DNA of 64,000 bases from Candidatus Sulfuricurvum sp. RIFRC-1 (GTDB lineage Bacteria; Campylobacterota; Campylobacteria; Campylobacterales; Sulfurimonadaceae), in NCBI RefSeq assembly GCF_000310245.1, contig NC_020505.1:1016399-1080398 (forward strand), in the 5' to 3' direction. The translations under genes were made by a program, and so were the position numbers. Position 1 is the first letter of the stretch. Every line of letters begins with the position of its first letter. Under the pieces are notes generated by a model, which worked only from the letters and a program-made list of their open reading frames with translations, did not search any database and had not been told where the DNA came from. Shown here piece after piece: positions 28,383 through 42,588 of this stretch.

Positions 28383-29330
28383 ATGAAACTTTATGAAATA
28401 GCGGCTTTTTTAGGTTGTAATGAGATCCAGGATTCGATTGAAATTACGGGGATGAATACCCTTAAAAATGCAGTAGAGGGGGAAATATCATTCCTTTCTG
28501 ACTCTAAATACGAAAAAGAGCTCTCTGAGACAAAAGCGTCTGCCGTGATCCTTCCTGCTTCAAAAGCTCATTTACTTCCTGCGGGGGTAGTGGTTCTTAA
28601 TTCTGATGAGCCATATATGTATGTAGCGCTCCTCTCTAAACATTTTGCCAAACCGATACAAAGCAGTGATCTCCCTCCTGTTATTGGAGAGGGTACACGT
28701 GTTTATCCGACTGCCCATATTGAAAACGGTGCTAGAATCGGCGCTAACTGTACCATTATGAGCGGTGTTTATATTGGGGCTGAAGCGGTAATCGGCGATG
28801 ATGTTATCCTTTATCCCAATGTGAGCGTTTATCGTGATTGTGTGATCGGCAATCGTGTTATGATTCATTCCGGAACGGTGATAGGCAGTGATGGTTTCGG
28901 ATATGCTCACACAAAATTGGGTGAACACATCAAGCTTTATCAAAACGGTAAAGTAATTATTGAAGATGATGTAGAGATCGGTGCCAATACGACCGTGGAT
29001 TGTGCAGTATTTGGTTCGACGATTATCAAGCAGGGTGTTAAAATCGATAATCTGGTTCAAATTGGGCATAATTGTGTTGTGGGCGAACACTCCATTATTG
29101 TATCGCAATCGGGACTTGCGGGCTCTACTACGCTGGGACGAAATGTTGTTATGGGTGGTCAAAGTGCTACGGCAGGACATTTAAGTATCGCTCCGTTTAC
29201 AACGTTAGCCGCTCGCTCAGGTGTTACGAAAAGTATCGTTAATAAAGGTATTTATAGCGGCTTTCCTTTAATGGAACATAAATTATGGCTGAGAATGCAG
29301 GCAAAACTTGCTAAAATGTTAGAATCGTAA
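28383..29330 (+). CDS. lpxD: UDP-3-O-acylglucosamine N-acyltransferase
   Basis: 315 aa with an N-terminal LpxD domain followed by left-handed beta-helix hexapeptide repeats. Confidence 0.9.
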   Translation: MKLYEIAAFLGCNEIQDSIEITGMNTLKNAVEGEISFLSDSKYEKELSETKASAVILPASKAHLLPAGVVVLNSDEPYMYVALLSKHFAKPIQSSDLPPVIGEGTRVYPTAHIENGARIGANCTIMSGVYIGAEAVIGDDVILYPNVSVYRDCVIGNRVMIHSGTVIGSDGFGYAHTKLGEHIKLYQNGKVIIEDDVEIGANTTVDCAVFGSTIIKQGVKIDNLVQIGHNCVVGEHSIIVSQSGLAGSTTLGRNVVMGGQSATAGHLSIAPFTTLAARSGVTKSIVNKGIYSGFPLMEHKLWLRMQAKLAKMLES

Positions 29331-29347
29331 GTTATTAAGGGGAGACG

Positions 29348-29893
29348 GTGAAAATTGCAGCAGTAGGTTTGATGTTACTTGGCAGTATTGTTTATGCTGA
29401 GGGTGAACCTGCTGAAATCCGTATGCCCGATATCGTTCTCGATGCAATAAAGCATTGCGAATGTTTAAAAGAGAACGGTGAATGTAATCCTCACGTTATC
29501 CGTATTAACGCAATTGAAGAAGCCGAACGTGCAAAAAATGCAGGTTTTGCGGTTAATGGTCATTTAATCAAATGCGGTTCAGCCGAACAATGCAGTACCC
29601 AAGCCCAGGCACTAATCGACGGTGGGATTACCAACCTCGATCTCGGACCATACCAAATCAATTATAAGTACCATCCGAATCCGATGCTTCACGAATATTT
29701 TGAAGATTCTACGTCGCGTGAACAAGCAAATTCCATTTTGACAAAGCTCGTCAAAAGTTTTGGATATTCATGGGAAACGTTGGGCCGATATCACCATTTC
29801 AGCGCTACGGATCGCACACGTAACGAGCGATATTATCGTAAAATGTATGCCTTTATTTATGGAAATTCTTCAAAAGTACAAGCTGCCGAATAA
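29348..29893 (+). CDS. Secreted protein, possibly lytic-transglycosylase-like
   Basis: 181 aa with a GTG start after GGGGAG and a signal peptide (MKIAAVGLMLLGSIVYA). LDLGPYQINYKY weakly resembles the SLT GLMQI block. The assignment is tentative. Confidence 0.4.
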   Translation: MKIAAVGLMLLGSIVYAEGEPAEIRMPDIVLDAIKHCECLKENGECNPHVIRINAIEEAERAKNAGFAVNGHLIKCGSAEQCSTQAQALIDGGITNLDLGPYQINYKYHPNPMLHEYFEDSTSREQANSILTKLVKSFGYSWETLGRYHHFSATDRTRNERYYRKMYAFIYGNSSKVQAAE

Positions 29894-29914
29894 ACTCCCC
29901 TTTTTTAAGATTGC

Positions 29915-29934
29915 TTTAGCCAAAATCGGCTAAA
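29915..29934 (+). terminator. Possible intrinsic terminator
   Basis: TTTAGCC-AAAATC-GGCTAAA followed by CTCTTTTCT, 22 nt after the stop at 29893. Confidence 0.35.
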
Positions 29935-29965
29935 CTCTTTTCTATACAGTTTTATAGGAGAGATT

Positions 29966-30187
29966 ATGAGTTCTGGTGTAACAATTATTAAAGAGATTCC
30001 ATTGGATGGGACAAAAAAAGGGATAATTTCTATCAGTAAGGTAGATGAGCCGTACGGTGCAGGAAGTGACAGCGTTGCAAGCATCGGGATCTCTTTATCC
30101 GGTGATGCCAAAAATCCTGAATGGAAAGTTCATCTTCCTATGGGAAATATTGATGCGGTTGTGGAAGCACTAAAAAGTATCCAATAA
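29966..30187 (+). CDS. Small hypothetical protein (73 aa)
   Basis: AGGAGA RBS 6 nt upstream of the ATG. No family recognised. Confidence 0.5.
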   Translation: MSSGVTIIKEIPLDGTKKGIISISKVDEPYGAGSDSVASIGISLSGDAKNPEWKVHLPMGNIDAVVEALKSIQ

Positions 30188-30212
30188 TTACTTTTTAGTG
30201 TTGAGCGTTTTT

Positions 30213-30277
30213 CCGTTCGTGGTGAGCTCGTCGAACCATGAACCGTTTTACCCTTCCGATTGGCTCAGGGTGAACGG
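30213..30277. repeat. REP-like intergenic element made of two tandem imperfect hairpins
   Basis: CCGTTCGTGG...CCATGAACCG and CCGTTTTACCC...GGGTGAACGG arms. One frame reads PFVVSSSNHE...AQGER-like. It lies between convergent genes. Confidence 0.5.
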
Positions 30278-30285
30278 TTATACAA

Positions 30286-31452
30286 CTATTTCTTATTTGC
30301 TACAAAAGTTGCGATACGTTTAATCCCCTCGCGAATACTTTCGATATCGGTTGCAAAACTAAATCGGAAATACCCCTCAGAACCAAATCCTACTCCCGGT
30401 ACGACTGCAATCCCTTGTTCTTCGAGTAACTCTTTACAAAATTGCATAGAATCATTGCTTACCTCTTTGATGTTCACGAATAGGTAAAATGCACCCGCAG
30501 GAGAGAGGACTGATAACCCCTCAACTTCGTTAAACAATTTAACCGCTTCGTCGCGACGCGCTTTAAACTGAACACGCATTGCTTCAATATCTGCATCTGC
30601 ATCACCGTTAAGTCCGACAATGGCTGCTTTTTGAGTGATCGAATTGATGTTTGATGTGCTTTGGCTTTGCAATTTTTTAGTAGCTTGGATAATTTCGGTA
30701 TTGGCTGCAGCCATATACCCAAAACGCCATCCTGTCATGGCTACCGATTTTGAAAGACCGTTGATGGTAACAGTACGTTGAAACATATCATCACTGACCG
30801 CAGCGGCCGAGGTAAACTCACCGTCATAAATCAGTTTTTCGTACATCTCATCACTCGCAACGATGACATTGGTCCCTTCCAATACTTTTCCAAGAGCAGT
30901 AAGCTCTTCTTGTGAGTAGACGGCACCGGTCGGATTGGACGGAGAGGTGAGAATTAACATTTTGGTTTTCGGTGTCAACGCTGCTTTGAGCTGCTCAGGG
31001 GTAATTTTAAATCCGCTTGCATCGTCTGTCATAATCTCGACGACTGTTCCACCACAATACATGACAAGTTCAGGATAAGTAACCCAGTATGGTGCAGGAA
31101 TGATCACTTCATCACCGGCTTGGATTGTGCAGGCAAATAGATTATAGAGTGAGTGCTTTGCACCGTTGTTGGCGATGATTTGGTTTGGTTTGTACTCAAG
31201 ACCGTTGTCACGTTTGAGTTTTAGTGCAATGGCTGCTTTAAGATCAGGAATTCCGTCAACCGCAGTGTATTTGGTGAAACCGTCATTGATAGCTTTAATA
31301 GCAGCATCTTTTATCACTTGTGGTGTATCAAAATCAGGTTCACCGGCGGAGAAGCTGAGGATGTTTTTCCCCTGCGCTTTGAGCTCTTGTGCTAACGTTG
31401 AGATAGCGATGGTAATCGATTCGGAGAGTATATTGACGCGATCGGTTAACAT
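30286..31452 (-). CDS. aspC: Pyridoxal-phosphate-dependent aspartate/aromatic aminotransferase (class I)
   Basis: 388 aa with the class I aminotransferase PLP-Lys context (NGLSKSVAMTGWRFGY). Confidence 0.85.
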   Translation of the reverse strand: MLTDRVNILSESITIAISTLAQELKAQGKNILSFSAGEPDFDTPQVIKDAAIKAINDGFTKYTAVDGIPDLKAAIALKLKRDNGLEYKPNQIIANNGAKHSLYNLFACTIQAGDEVIIPAPYWVTYPELVMYCGGTVVEIMTDDASGFKITPEQLKAALTPKTKMLILTSPSNPTGAVYSQEELTALGKVLEGTNVIVASDEMYEKLIYDGEFTSAAAVSDDMFQRTVTINGLSKSVAMTGWRFGYMAAANTEIIQATKKLQSQSTSNINSITQKAAIVGLNGDADADIEAMRVQFKARRDEAVKLFNEVEGLSVLSPAGAFYLFVNIKEVSNDSMQFCKELLEEQGIAVVPGVGFGSEGYFRFSFATDIESIREGIKRIATFVANKK

Positions 31453-31504
31453 GGGTGTACCCTTATAAAAAATTTCGGAATTATAACATGGCTGGCTTTA
31501 AATT

Positions 31505-33433
31505 TTACATCAGTTGTTGATTTAAAAACTGCGGTTTTCCCGTATGAAATCCCTGTGCATAGGTAATGCCCAAATCGGTTACATTTTGTAAAATTTCTTC
31601 GGAAGATACAAATTCGGCAACCGTATCGATTCCGATACGCTGGGCAAAGTCAACAATTGCTTCAACGACAATTCGATGGCGCGGATTTTCATCGATTGAC
31701 TTGATGAGTGAACCGTCGATTTTGAGAATATCAACGTTGAGTTTGAGAATGTTTTCGAAGTTAGAATAGCCTGTTCCAAAATCGTCGATAGCGATCTTTG
31801 CTCCCAGTGCTTTCATCCGAGAGATAAACGAAGCAACTTCATCGAAATTATCAATACCCTCAGACTCTAAAATTTCAAAAATTATCCGATCGGCTGTACC
31901 GGTTTGGCGGAGAATATTTTCGATCGTCGATACGGTTCTGCTATCTAAAATATCACTACCGGAGAGATTAACCGAAAATTGCTCATGCCGTGCCGCAAAG
32001 AGGTTACATGCTTGATAAACAACTTCTTGAGTAATGTGATGGTAGAGTTTGGTTTTTTGGGCAATTGGTAGAAAATCATTGGGAGCAATCAGTGAATCGT
32101 CCTCGTTTTTAATCCGTACCAAGGTCTCGAATTTCTCGATTTTACCGCTGCTGCAGGAGACGATAGGTTGATACTGACAAACAATTCGGTGTTCGACTAA
32201 AGCCTGACGGATGCGAGCAGACATCGCAATGTTGGCTTGATATTGTTGTTCAATTCCCTCAGATTGGTCATACACGGAATACGGTTGTTTTGCGCTTCGT
32301 GCTTTGTTAAGCGCAACATCGGCATGAATGAGCGGTTTTTCGCTGTCGATTGCAATACCGACGGTAGCTCGGACATGAACCGTTTCTTCTGAAATCATAA
32401 AAAGCTTTTCACTTAAAAGGGAAAGGAGCATTTCGATGTTATGGCGAAACTCGGCTGATGTGCTTCCCTGCTTTAGACGAAATGCAAATTCATCACCACC
32501 GAGCCGATAAGGGGAGAGTTTCATTTCGACAAGCCAGTGAGCGATTTGGCTGAGAAGCCAGTCTCCTGCATCGATTCCGAAGAAATCATTGATCTCTTTA
32601 AAATCATCGATGTTTAAAATAGCAACCGTATTACTCTGTTTTGTCGATAAATCTTCTTGGAGTTTAAGACGATTTGGAAGGGTCGTGAGATTGTCATAAT
32701 AAAGGTGCCGCGTCGCTTCATGGGTTTGCTCAGCAATTTTAATTTCAAGATTTTTATTAATCGTTTCGATCTCTTGCGAATATTCCCAGACACTTTGTTG
32801 CATTACTCTAAATGCATGGATAATTTGAGTAAATTCACGTTGGGCATAGGGGATGTCAAAGGTTATTTTTTCGCCCGGTTTAAAGTTTCGAACTTTTCGA
32901 GCGATCATTTTAATCGGCGATAAGAGTCGATTAATCCAAATGAGCATCAGCCAAAGGATTCCAAAAACACTCAGGGCCATCCATCCATAAAGGGTATAAA
33001 ACCGATTCATGGTTTTGTTAAATTCTTCACCCGAGTAGGTGAGTGTGATGGAACCGATTGGTTTAAGGGATGAGGGTTCCATCAGATTTTTAGATATTTT
33101 GATGGATTCATAGGGAGAAGATGTTGTATATTGCTGATAATCGAGGAGATTTTTCCCATTATTATCAGATATTTTAAGCGCGATAACTTCATCAAGACGT
33201 GTGATAGAAGAGAGTTTGTCTCCCATATCTTTTATCCCTAAAAATAGGGATAAAGAGATGGACGGTTCAACCGCATCAATCAATAAAGCGGCTTTCTCTT
33301 TTTGGGTATTCATAGTCAAATCACGAACGATTACAAAAGTTACGAAAGTAATGGTTGCAAAGATGATGAGAAAAGTGATCACCAGACTAAAAAAGAGTTT
33401 GGTTGAGAGTCGTGCATTTTTAAAACGGTTCAT
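31505..33433 (-). CDS. Membrane-bound HAMP-GGDEF-EAL protein (c-di-GMP cyclase/phosphodiesterase)
   Basis: 642 aa with two TM helices flanking a periplasmic loop of about 120 aa. A HAMP-like linker is followed by GGDEF (RLGGDEFAF) and EAL-domain motifs (ETLVR, DDFGTGYSN, KIDGS). Confidence 0.9.
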   Translation of the reverse strand: MNRFKNARLSTKLFFSLVITFLIIFATITFVTFVIVRDLTMNTQKEKAALLIDAVEPSISLSLFLGIKDMGDKLSSITRLDEVIALKISDNNGKNLLDYQQYTTSSPYESIKISKNLMEPSSLKPIGSITLTYSGEEFNKTMNRFYTLYGWMALSVFGILWLMLIWINRLLSPIKMIARKVRNFKPGEKITFDIPYAQREFTQIIHAFRVMQQSVWEYSQEIETINKNLEIKIAEQTHEATRHLYYDNLTTLPNRLKLQEDLSTKQSNTVAILNIDDFKEINDFFGIDAGDWLLSQIAHWLVEMKLSPYRLGGDEFAFRLKQGSTSAEFRHNIEMLLSLLSEKLFMISEETVHVRATVGIAIDSEKPLIHADVALNKARSAKQPYSVYDQSEGIEQQYQANIAMSARIRQALVEHRIVCQYQPIVSCSSGKIEKFETLVRIKNEDDSLIAPNDFLPIAQKTKLYHHITQEVVYQACNLFAARHEQFSVNLSGSDILDSRTVSTIENILRQTGTADRIIFEILESEGIDNFDEVASFISRMKALGAKIAIDDFGTGYSNFENILKLNVDILKIDGSLIKSIDENPRHRIVVEAIVDFAQRIGIDTVAEFVSSEEILQNVTDLGITYAQGFHTGKPQFLNQQLM

Positions 33434-33960
33434 TCGATAAGTCTCGCAATTTGGAATAAAGTATCATTAAAACGAAATTTCCCCTCTTTAAGGACAGTTT
33501 TATTCATGTAGATGACGGTGGAGCGTTCAATGGCGATTGAACCCAATATGCCCTCTTCAAGATTAGACATATCATACGAAAAGGTTGGTATTGTATTGTT
33601 TATACCCCATGCTGCTATTTTTCGGGTGGATGACGTACTCATTTTAGTTAAATAGGTAAAAGAAATATCCTGGCGCACAAGAACTTCATCGACTGAAAGT
33701 GCCACTGTGCTAAAAGATAGGTTGGCTACTTTTCCATTATGGTTAAGATTGATTTCATCCGCGATCTTTTGGGCCACATTTTTACGATTTCCTTCGTAAA
33801 CAATGGCCAAAATTGATTTGTTGGATGATGATTTAGCCGATAATCGTGTGTCAAGAGCCATGATTTTTGGGATCATCTTGATATGAGAATTGAGCAATAG
33901 GGTATCTTCTGCCTGAACACTAAGAAGGAGAATGAAAAAAAGAACCCAAATCCGCATCAA
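33430..33960 (-). CDS. Periplasmic YfiR-like (DUF4154) protein
   Basis: 176 aa with a signal peptide. The C-terminal pattern TFSYD...EEGILGSIAIE...IYMNKTVLKEGKFRFNDTLFQIARLI resembles YfiR/DUF4154. 4-nt overlaps with both neighbours. Confidence 0.5.
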   Translation of the reverse strand: MMRIWVLFFILLLSVQAEDTLLLNSHIKMIPKIMALDTRLSAKSSSNKSILAIVYEGNRKNVAQKIADEINLNHNGKVANLSFSTVALSVDEVLVRQDISFTYLTKMSTSSTRKIAAWGINNTIPTFSYDMSNLEEGILGSIAIERSTVIYMNKTVLKEGKFRFNDTLFQIARLIE

Positions 33961-35969
33961 AATTTTAATCCTGTTCGAATCAAAAATGTTCGACCTTCGA
34001 TCGGATAATCATCTCTATAGGTTGAGGCAGGGGAAGGGTAGCGGACTATCGTATTGTCAATATTTTTGATTACCCCCTGGGCATACCAGCCTTTATGGGT
34101 ATTCATATTCCAACCTAATGCAATATCTAGTGTATTGTATGCTGCTAAAGCATCGCGCGTATCAGGAGAATAACGCTTTTTGGATCCAACATATTGCCAA
34201 ACACCCCCTAAGGTCCAATCATCAGAAAGATCATAGGTATAGGCAGCTTTGATCAGATGCGAAGCCGTGTAGGGGAGGGCGGCTTCATAGTGTTGATTGT
34301 CTTCTGTCTTTCCATGAAGATAGCTGTAAGAAAGTGAGACGGTATCTTCGGAAGAGAATTTCCCGTGTAATTCGGCTTCCGCCCCATCCATAGTACTTTT
34401 TCCATAATTTTGAAATTTCCCGGCTTCATCACGGACAATCTGTTGAGAATTTTCGATGTAAAAAAGATTGAGTCCTGCGGTGAGACTCGAATTCAGTTTT
34501 CGTAAATATTGCGCTTCGATTGAACGGACATGTTCATGGGTAAGATTTTGATTCCCGGTTCCATACGCGCTTGGAGTAATATACATCTCTTGAAAAGAAG
34601 GGTTTCGTGATCCAGACGCTGCCATCAGTTTGAAAATATTATTGTGGTTCGGCTGATAAACGATAGCTGCTCGTCCATTTGTATGTGACTCTATATCAGA
34701 TGTTTGTATTTGACCTACCGTAAATGCAACTGCTGTCATATCATTGATCGTGATCATATCACTGAGAAAAAGATTGGTAGTTTGACGTTTGGCACTTTTT
34801 GCATCGATAAAGGCTTGCGGTGTATCGGTATAATCCACCATACCGATACCTGTAACTTTGTTGGTGGTGATAGAGTGCATATCGACGGCTTTGTCCCAAG
34901 TCGATTCGATTCCTGCCGTAATATGATGAGTTTCAAATCCGGTGTAATGAAGAGAAGCCCCACCGCTTATACGGCGACTTTTGATAAGCAATGATGCAGA
35001 GTAACCATCAGGCAAGGTAATGCTGTTGTAGACAAAATTTACCGGTAGAGGAGTAGAATCACTCTGCCAGGTATTTTCCATGACGGATGTTTTAAGTATA
35101 AGGCGCATGTCTTGAATCAAGGGAAGTGTGTATTTGCCCTGAATATACCATGTGGGCTGTTGAAGTTTCCCATCCTCATTCGGGAGAATATTAAGATTAC
35201 CGAATGCACTGTCACTTTGATAATCATTGTATCGACCGCGTAACGTGAATCCTTTATTTTCATAGGCTATTCCAAAGCCGTTCTGCTCCATGCCTAATTG
35301 TGCATATCCGGAACGCCCTGCTGCATCGATAACGCTAATAGGTGTTTTTTGATTATGGCGTTGAGTGAATGCATCAAGAGAGAGTTTCCATGTTTCACCA
35401 TGATATCTGTTCCATCCGCCTAGCCCCATCATAGCGTTATTTCCTCCCCAACCAAAGAGAGTTCCGGTTTCAGTACGCAGAGAATCATGCTGTGCATGAG
35501 TAACTACATTTATGGTTCCTGCATATCCGTTTACCCCTTCGATGAAACTTCCGGCGCCGCGTACCACTTCAATCCGATCAATCAGTTCGATCGGAAAATC
35601 GAGATAAGAGTTGTAGTTGCTGAACAGATCGTCGTTTACAACCACGTCATCAATAATGAGGGTCGATTGGCCATACGCGGTAGGATTGGAACCTCTAAAA
35701 ATTGGTGTTCGATTATTCATCGTGTTGGTAGCCATATCAACACCCGGAATTAGCATCAGTGCTTCTCCCAAAGTTTTGATCCCCAATTTTGAGATGTCAT
35801 CATTGTGTAAAATGGAGAGGATAAAAGGTTGGTAATCGATATTATGATTGGTTTGAGTTGCCATTTGTGCAGTCTGAAGCATATCATCATTCAGAGATGT
35901 AATAATAGAACTATCATTGGCATTTAAAACAAGGGCGATCACTGAAACAGCACAGATGGATAGTTTCAA
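33957..35969 (-). CDS. TonB-dependent outer-membrane receptor
   Basis: 670 aa with a signal peptide, a plug-domain motif (LGEALMLIPGVD...IFRGS...LIIDDVVVND) and a beta-barrel with a terminal aromatic residue (TGLKF). Confidence 0.85.
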   Translation of the reverse strand: MKLSICAVSVIALVLNANDSSIITSLNDDMLQTAQMATQTNHNIDYQPFILSILHNDDISKLGIKTLGEALMLIPGVDMATNTMNNRTPIFRGSNPTAYGQSTLIIDDVVVNDDLFSNYNSYLDFPIELIDRIEVVRGAGSFIEGVNGYAGTINVVTHAQHDSLRTETGTLFGWGGNNAMMGLGGWNRYHGETWKLSLDAFTQRHNQKTPISVIDAAGRSGYAQLGMEQNGFGIAYENKGFTLRGRYNDYQSDSAFGNLNILPNEDGKLQQPTWYIQGKYTLPLIQDMRLILKTSVMENTWQSDSTPLPVNFVYNSITLPDGYSASLLIKSRRISGGASLHYTGFETHHITAGIESTWDKAVDMHSITTNKVTGIGMVDYTDTPQAFIDAKSAKRQTTNLFLSDMITINDMTAVAFTVGQIQTSDIESHTNGRAAIVYQPNHNNIFKLMAASGSRNPSFQEMYITPSAYGTGNQNLTHEHVRSIEAQYLRKLNSSLTAGLNLFYIENSQQIVRDEAGKFQNYGKSTMDGAEAELHGKFSSEDTVSLSYSYLHGKTEDNQHYEAALPYTASHLIKAAYTYDLSDDWTLGGVWQYVGSKKRYSPDTRDALAAYNTLDIALGWNMNTHKGWYAQGVIKNIDNTIVRYPSPASTYRDDYPIEGRTFLIRTGLKF

Positions 35970-36078
35970 TAAATCTCCTTATTATTTTAGTTTCTCATTG
36001 TTGCTGAAGGGTGTTTAAAGGAGAGTAAAAAAAAAGCTAAAAAGATGATAATAAGGGAGTTAGTGTAACTTTTCGAAA

Positions 36079-36098
36079 AATAATAATGAGTTATTATT
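36079..36098. promoter_or_regulatory. Fur-box-like AT-rich palindrome
   Basis: AATAATAA-TGAG-TTATTATT has perfect 8-bp arms. GATGATAATAAG lies nearby at about 36045-36056. The site is in the divergent region upstream of the TonB-dependent receptor. Confidence 0.3.
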
Positions 36099-36202
36099 TT
36101 TATTCCAATTAAATAAAACATTTTTTTTATTATTTTCCATTTTTCCTATAAATTTCTAAGTTATCCGCGTTAAAATATCTGCGAATAATAAGGAAACTTT
36201 TA

Positions 36203-36934
36203 ATGCCCAGTGTACAAAAAATCATTATCAATCAAAAATATTATGGTTCGATCGAACTTCCCGATACCGAAAACGGACGTAGAGTCTTAGCCATTGTAAC
36301 GCGTGCTTATACCTCTCGCAGACCGATAAAGGTTAATCTTTTATTTTCTCCCGGAAAACTCCGTGCTCTTGGCTTCTATCAAAAAGGGGGAGCATGGCAG
36401 GAACTTCAGGATTTGGAACTCTACATCGAATTGGGGAAGATTTTGCGTTTTAACACGGAGGATGCCATAAAAGTCAAAAATAGCATTGAACTGATCAACG
36501 ATATGGCTCACAGCCATTTTAATATCGCGAAGAGGCTGACATTGGTCAACAAGAGTACCAAAACGTCTGCAAGCAGTGCCTATTTGTTCTGGGACATTGA
36601 AAATTTTTCCAATATAGCTCCGATATTTAATGACTTGATTGATAAATACTCAATAGAAGATCATCATATTTACATCGCCGCTAATCCGGATTCTCTCTAT
36701 TTATTTAAAGATGAATGGGAAGCAAACCTTTATGATTATGGCAAAACACTCAAATCGTTCAACTTTACCAAATGTGATCACGGTAAAAATGTAGCGGACG
36801 GTATTTTGCTGGAGAACTTTAAGCAGCTTAATCTTAACAATAGTGATGTTTATGTCATGACATTTGATCGCGAGTTAAAAGATCTTTTTATTGCCGCATG
36901 CGATTCGAGTAATAATCTTTACATGATGCAATAA
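36203..36934 (+). CDS. Hypothetical protein with C-terminal NYN/LabA-like (PIN-fold nuclease) domain
   Basis: 243 aa. LFWDIEN, KNVADGILL and VYVMTFDRELKD match the acidic motifs of NYN domains. The N-terminal 120 aa or so are unassigned. Confidence 0.5.
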   Translation: MPSVQKIIINQKYYGSIELPDTENGRRVLAIVTRAYTSRRPIKVNLLFSPGKLRALGFYQKGGAWQELQDLELYIELGKILRFNTEDAIKVKNSIELINDMAHSHFNIAKRLTLVNKSTKTSASSAYLFWDIENFSNIAPIFNDLIDKYSIEDHHIYIAANPDSLYLFKDEWEANLYDYGKTLKSFNFTKCDHGKNVADGILLENFKQLNLNNSDVYVMTFDRELKDLFIAACDSSNNLYMMQ

Positions 36935-37055
36935 AGCAATGTCGATTCATAGTCAAAATCTCTATTATAATGAAAGCTCTTTTTGGTCACTTTCATAACG
37001 CTATGTAACCATTTGAATCCATTGTAATTTTATAGTAAATTCTTTCGAAAACCTC

Positions 37056-37084
37056 TTGACATCTAAGACTAAATCCCCTATAAT
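37056..37084 (+). promoter_or_regulatory. Consensus sigma-70 promoter of the rRNA operon
   Basis: TTGACA (37056-37061), a 17-nt spacer, then TATAAT (37079-37084), about 245 nt upstream of 16S. Confidence 0.6.
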
Positions 37085-37326
37085 TCCCGTCCACAAACGA
37101 TGAGACGCTTCGAAAAGAAGAGTCAAGTTTGAGTTTGAGATCATTGAAAACTAAGTAGGTCAAACGGTTCGAGACGGTGTCTTCGAGACGTTGACCTTAT
37201 GTCAACACAATACAACAACCGTCTATTTACTTTGATTGGGTTAACCAATCACCAAAAAGTAAAATAGATAACAATTTATGAAGCCAATGATTTTAACATC
37301 TTGGGTCATAGGATTGGACAAACCAA

Positions 37327-38836
<1,510 letters not shown>

Positions 38837-38956
38837 TAAGAGTAACGACGAATCCTTCATTGGATTGCGTCATCTTAAAAAATCTCACAGAAGTATTGTC
38901 TTGACCGTTTACCTACTTAGTTTTCAGTGATCCATGTTATTTGACATAATACATAT

Positions 38957-39033
38957 GGGTTTGTAGCTCAGCTGGTTAGAGCACACCCCTGATAAGGGTG
39001 AGGTCGATGGTTCGAGTCCATTCAAACCCACCA
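38957..39033 (+). tRNA. tRNA-Ile (anticodon GAU)
   Basis: 77-nt cloverleaf GGGTTTG...CTGATAA...CAAACCCACCA with an encoded CCA. Confidence 0.97.
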
Positions 39034-39130
39034 GATTTTAAGACATAAGCATAAAGCTTTCGGCTTCACGTACTAGAGTACGCTTTGCCTCACCTTTATA
39101 CTTCTTTCTCAAAATCACGATCACTTATCT

Positions 39131-39206
39131 GGGGAATTAGCTCAGCTGGGAGAGCGCCTGCTTTGCACGCAGGAGGTCAGCGGTTCGATCCCGCTATTCT
39201 CCACCA
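39131..39206 (+). tRNA. tRNA-Ala (anticodon UGC)
   Basis: 76 nt, GGGGAAT...TTTGCAC...ATTCTCCACCA, with the G3:U70 identity pair. Confidence 0.97.
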
Positions 39207-39537
39207 GATCTAGATCAGAATACGAAGTCTGATTCAAGTACTTAATTTAGAGTATTTGAATTAGACTTTAAAAGTCTAATGTTATTTGAATTATTATTGT
39301 TAAGTCGTCAACTAAATATGTTTGACATAGAGCAATCTATGAGAAACAAATTTAACTAAGGATTGATAGATTTCTTGAGTCTCCTGCGCAAGCAGGAAGC
39401 TTTAGGGGATTGCAAAGGACATTTGTCCTTGCCGCTTGAATGGGCTTTGCTCATTTAAGTGTATTAATCCAAACGTAACTACAAACACATTTCACCGTCT
39501 TATTCTTAATAAGGCGGTGAGCGCAAATTAGAAAAAG

Positions 39538-42446
<2,909 letters not shown>

Positions 42447-42588
42447 TACATATGATTTGTGCTCTCACCGCCTTATTAAGCATAAAGGTGAAATGCAAAT
42501 GTGGTTACGCGTTGACGACTTAACAATAAGAATTAAGTGACAAAAACACTTAGAATCAATCACACCAACGGTGTTATTGATTCTGAGT

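Noticed and set aside
28572-29180. 202-aa ORF antisense to lpxD. Similar antisense ORFs lie at 45313-45858 (hexapeptide-repeat region of the fusion protein), 18982-19539, 15864-16337, 50259-50693 and 20511-20924.
   Set aside because: Long antisense frames are typical opposite hexapeptide-repeat or codon-biased genes. All are nested in strong sense-strand CDSs.
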